Positions 63,891 to 64,000 of a stretch of 64,000 nucleotides of DNA are shown here, in pieces. Numbering within the stretch: the stretch's first letter is position 1; the number at the start of each line of letters is the position of its first letter. Both the position numbers and the translations under genes were made by a program. The notes under the pieces are model-generated. The model saw only the letters and a program-made list of their open reading frames with translations, did no database searches and was not told the DNA's origin. This DNA is from Mnemiopsis leidyi (lineage: Eukaryota): positions 9,914,715 to 9,978,714 of the forward strand of contig CM108483.1 in the NCBI GenBank assembly GCA_048537945.1. Reading direction: 5' to 3'.

Positions 63891-64000
63891 GTTAGTTTGA
63901 TTTTAAATTGAGTCGAGTCATGGCTATTGTAGGGTTGAGCGAGGGAGGGACGGAAGGAGGCCCTACCAAACGTCGCAGGTACATACCAAATGAATTTTAA

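Overview
This window is metazoan nuclear DNA, probably from an invertebrate, not prokaryotic. It has spliced multi-exon genes with GT/AG introns, non-LTR retrotransposons, foldback elements and MITEs. There is no CRISPR array, no rRNA and no convincing tRNA. All gene calls below rest on splice-phase-consistent translations and remembered family motifs, not on any search.

Genes read from the six-frame translations:
- KRR1 small-subunit processome gene, 5 exons, + strand, 13960..16267.
- Two tandem paralogous PhoD-like metallophosphatase genes, 7 exons each, + strand, 16738..22553 and 24403..26955. Both have an N-terminal signal peptide and a C-terminal transmembrane anchor.
- MRPL50-like gene, 2 exons, + strand, 31762..32514.
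- NDUFAF7 (MidA-type arginine methyltransferase), + strand, 32773..34232, with nearly all of the protein in one large terminal exon. The first exon was not found.
- Single-exon carbohydrate 6-O-sulfotransferase (CHST-like), - strand, 36880..38139.
- Serpin gene, - strand, exons between 49659 and 53577. The 3' exons are unresolved.
- First two exons of a transmembrane death-domain protein at the window edge, + strand, 63214..63890.

Mobile DNA:
- An apparently intact LINE at about 5540..9960, with a PHD-finger ORF1 and an AP-endonuclease plus reverse-transcriptase ORF2.
- A 5'-truncated, frameshifted LINE of a related family at 1428..3998 with an (ATTT)n tail.
- A LINE 3' remnant and a satellite-like array inside intron 2 of the first PhoD gene.
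- An RNase H LINE remnant near 40.7 kb.
- Two foldback elements with long inverted arms (11681..12830 and 27067..28703), a 300-bp near-perfect palindrome at 23466..23769, and small MITE-like inverted repeats.
- A dispersed composite repeat family carrying a perfect GCGAAGC-type (GAA-loop) hairpin.

The most notable structures are the tandem PhoD duplication with its differential transposon load, the intact PHD-ORF1 LINE, the GAA-loop hairpin repeats, and the tight MRPL50-NDUFAF7 pair.
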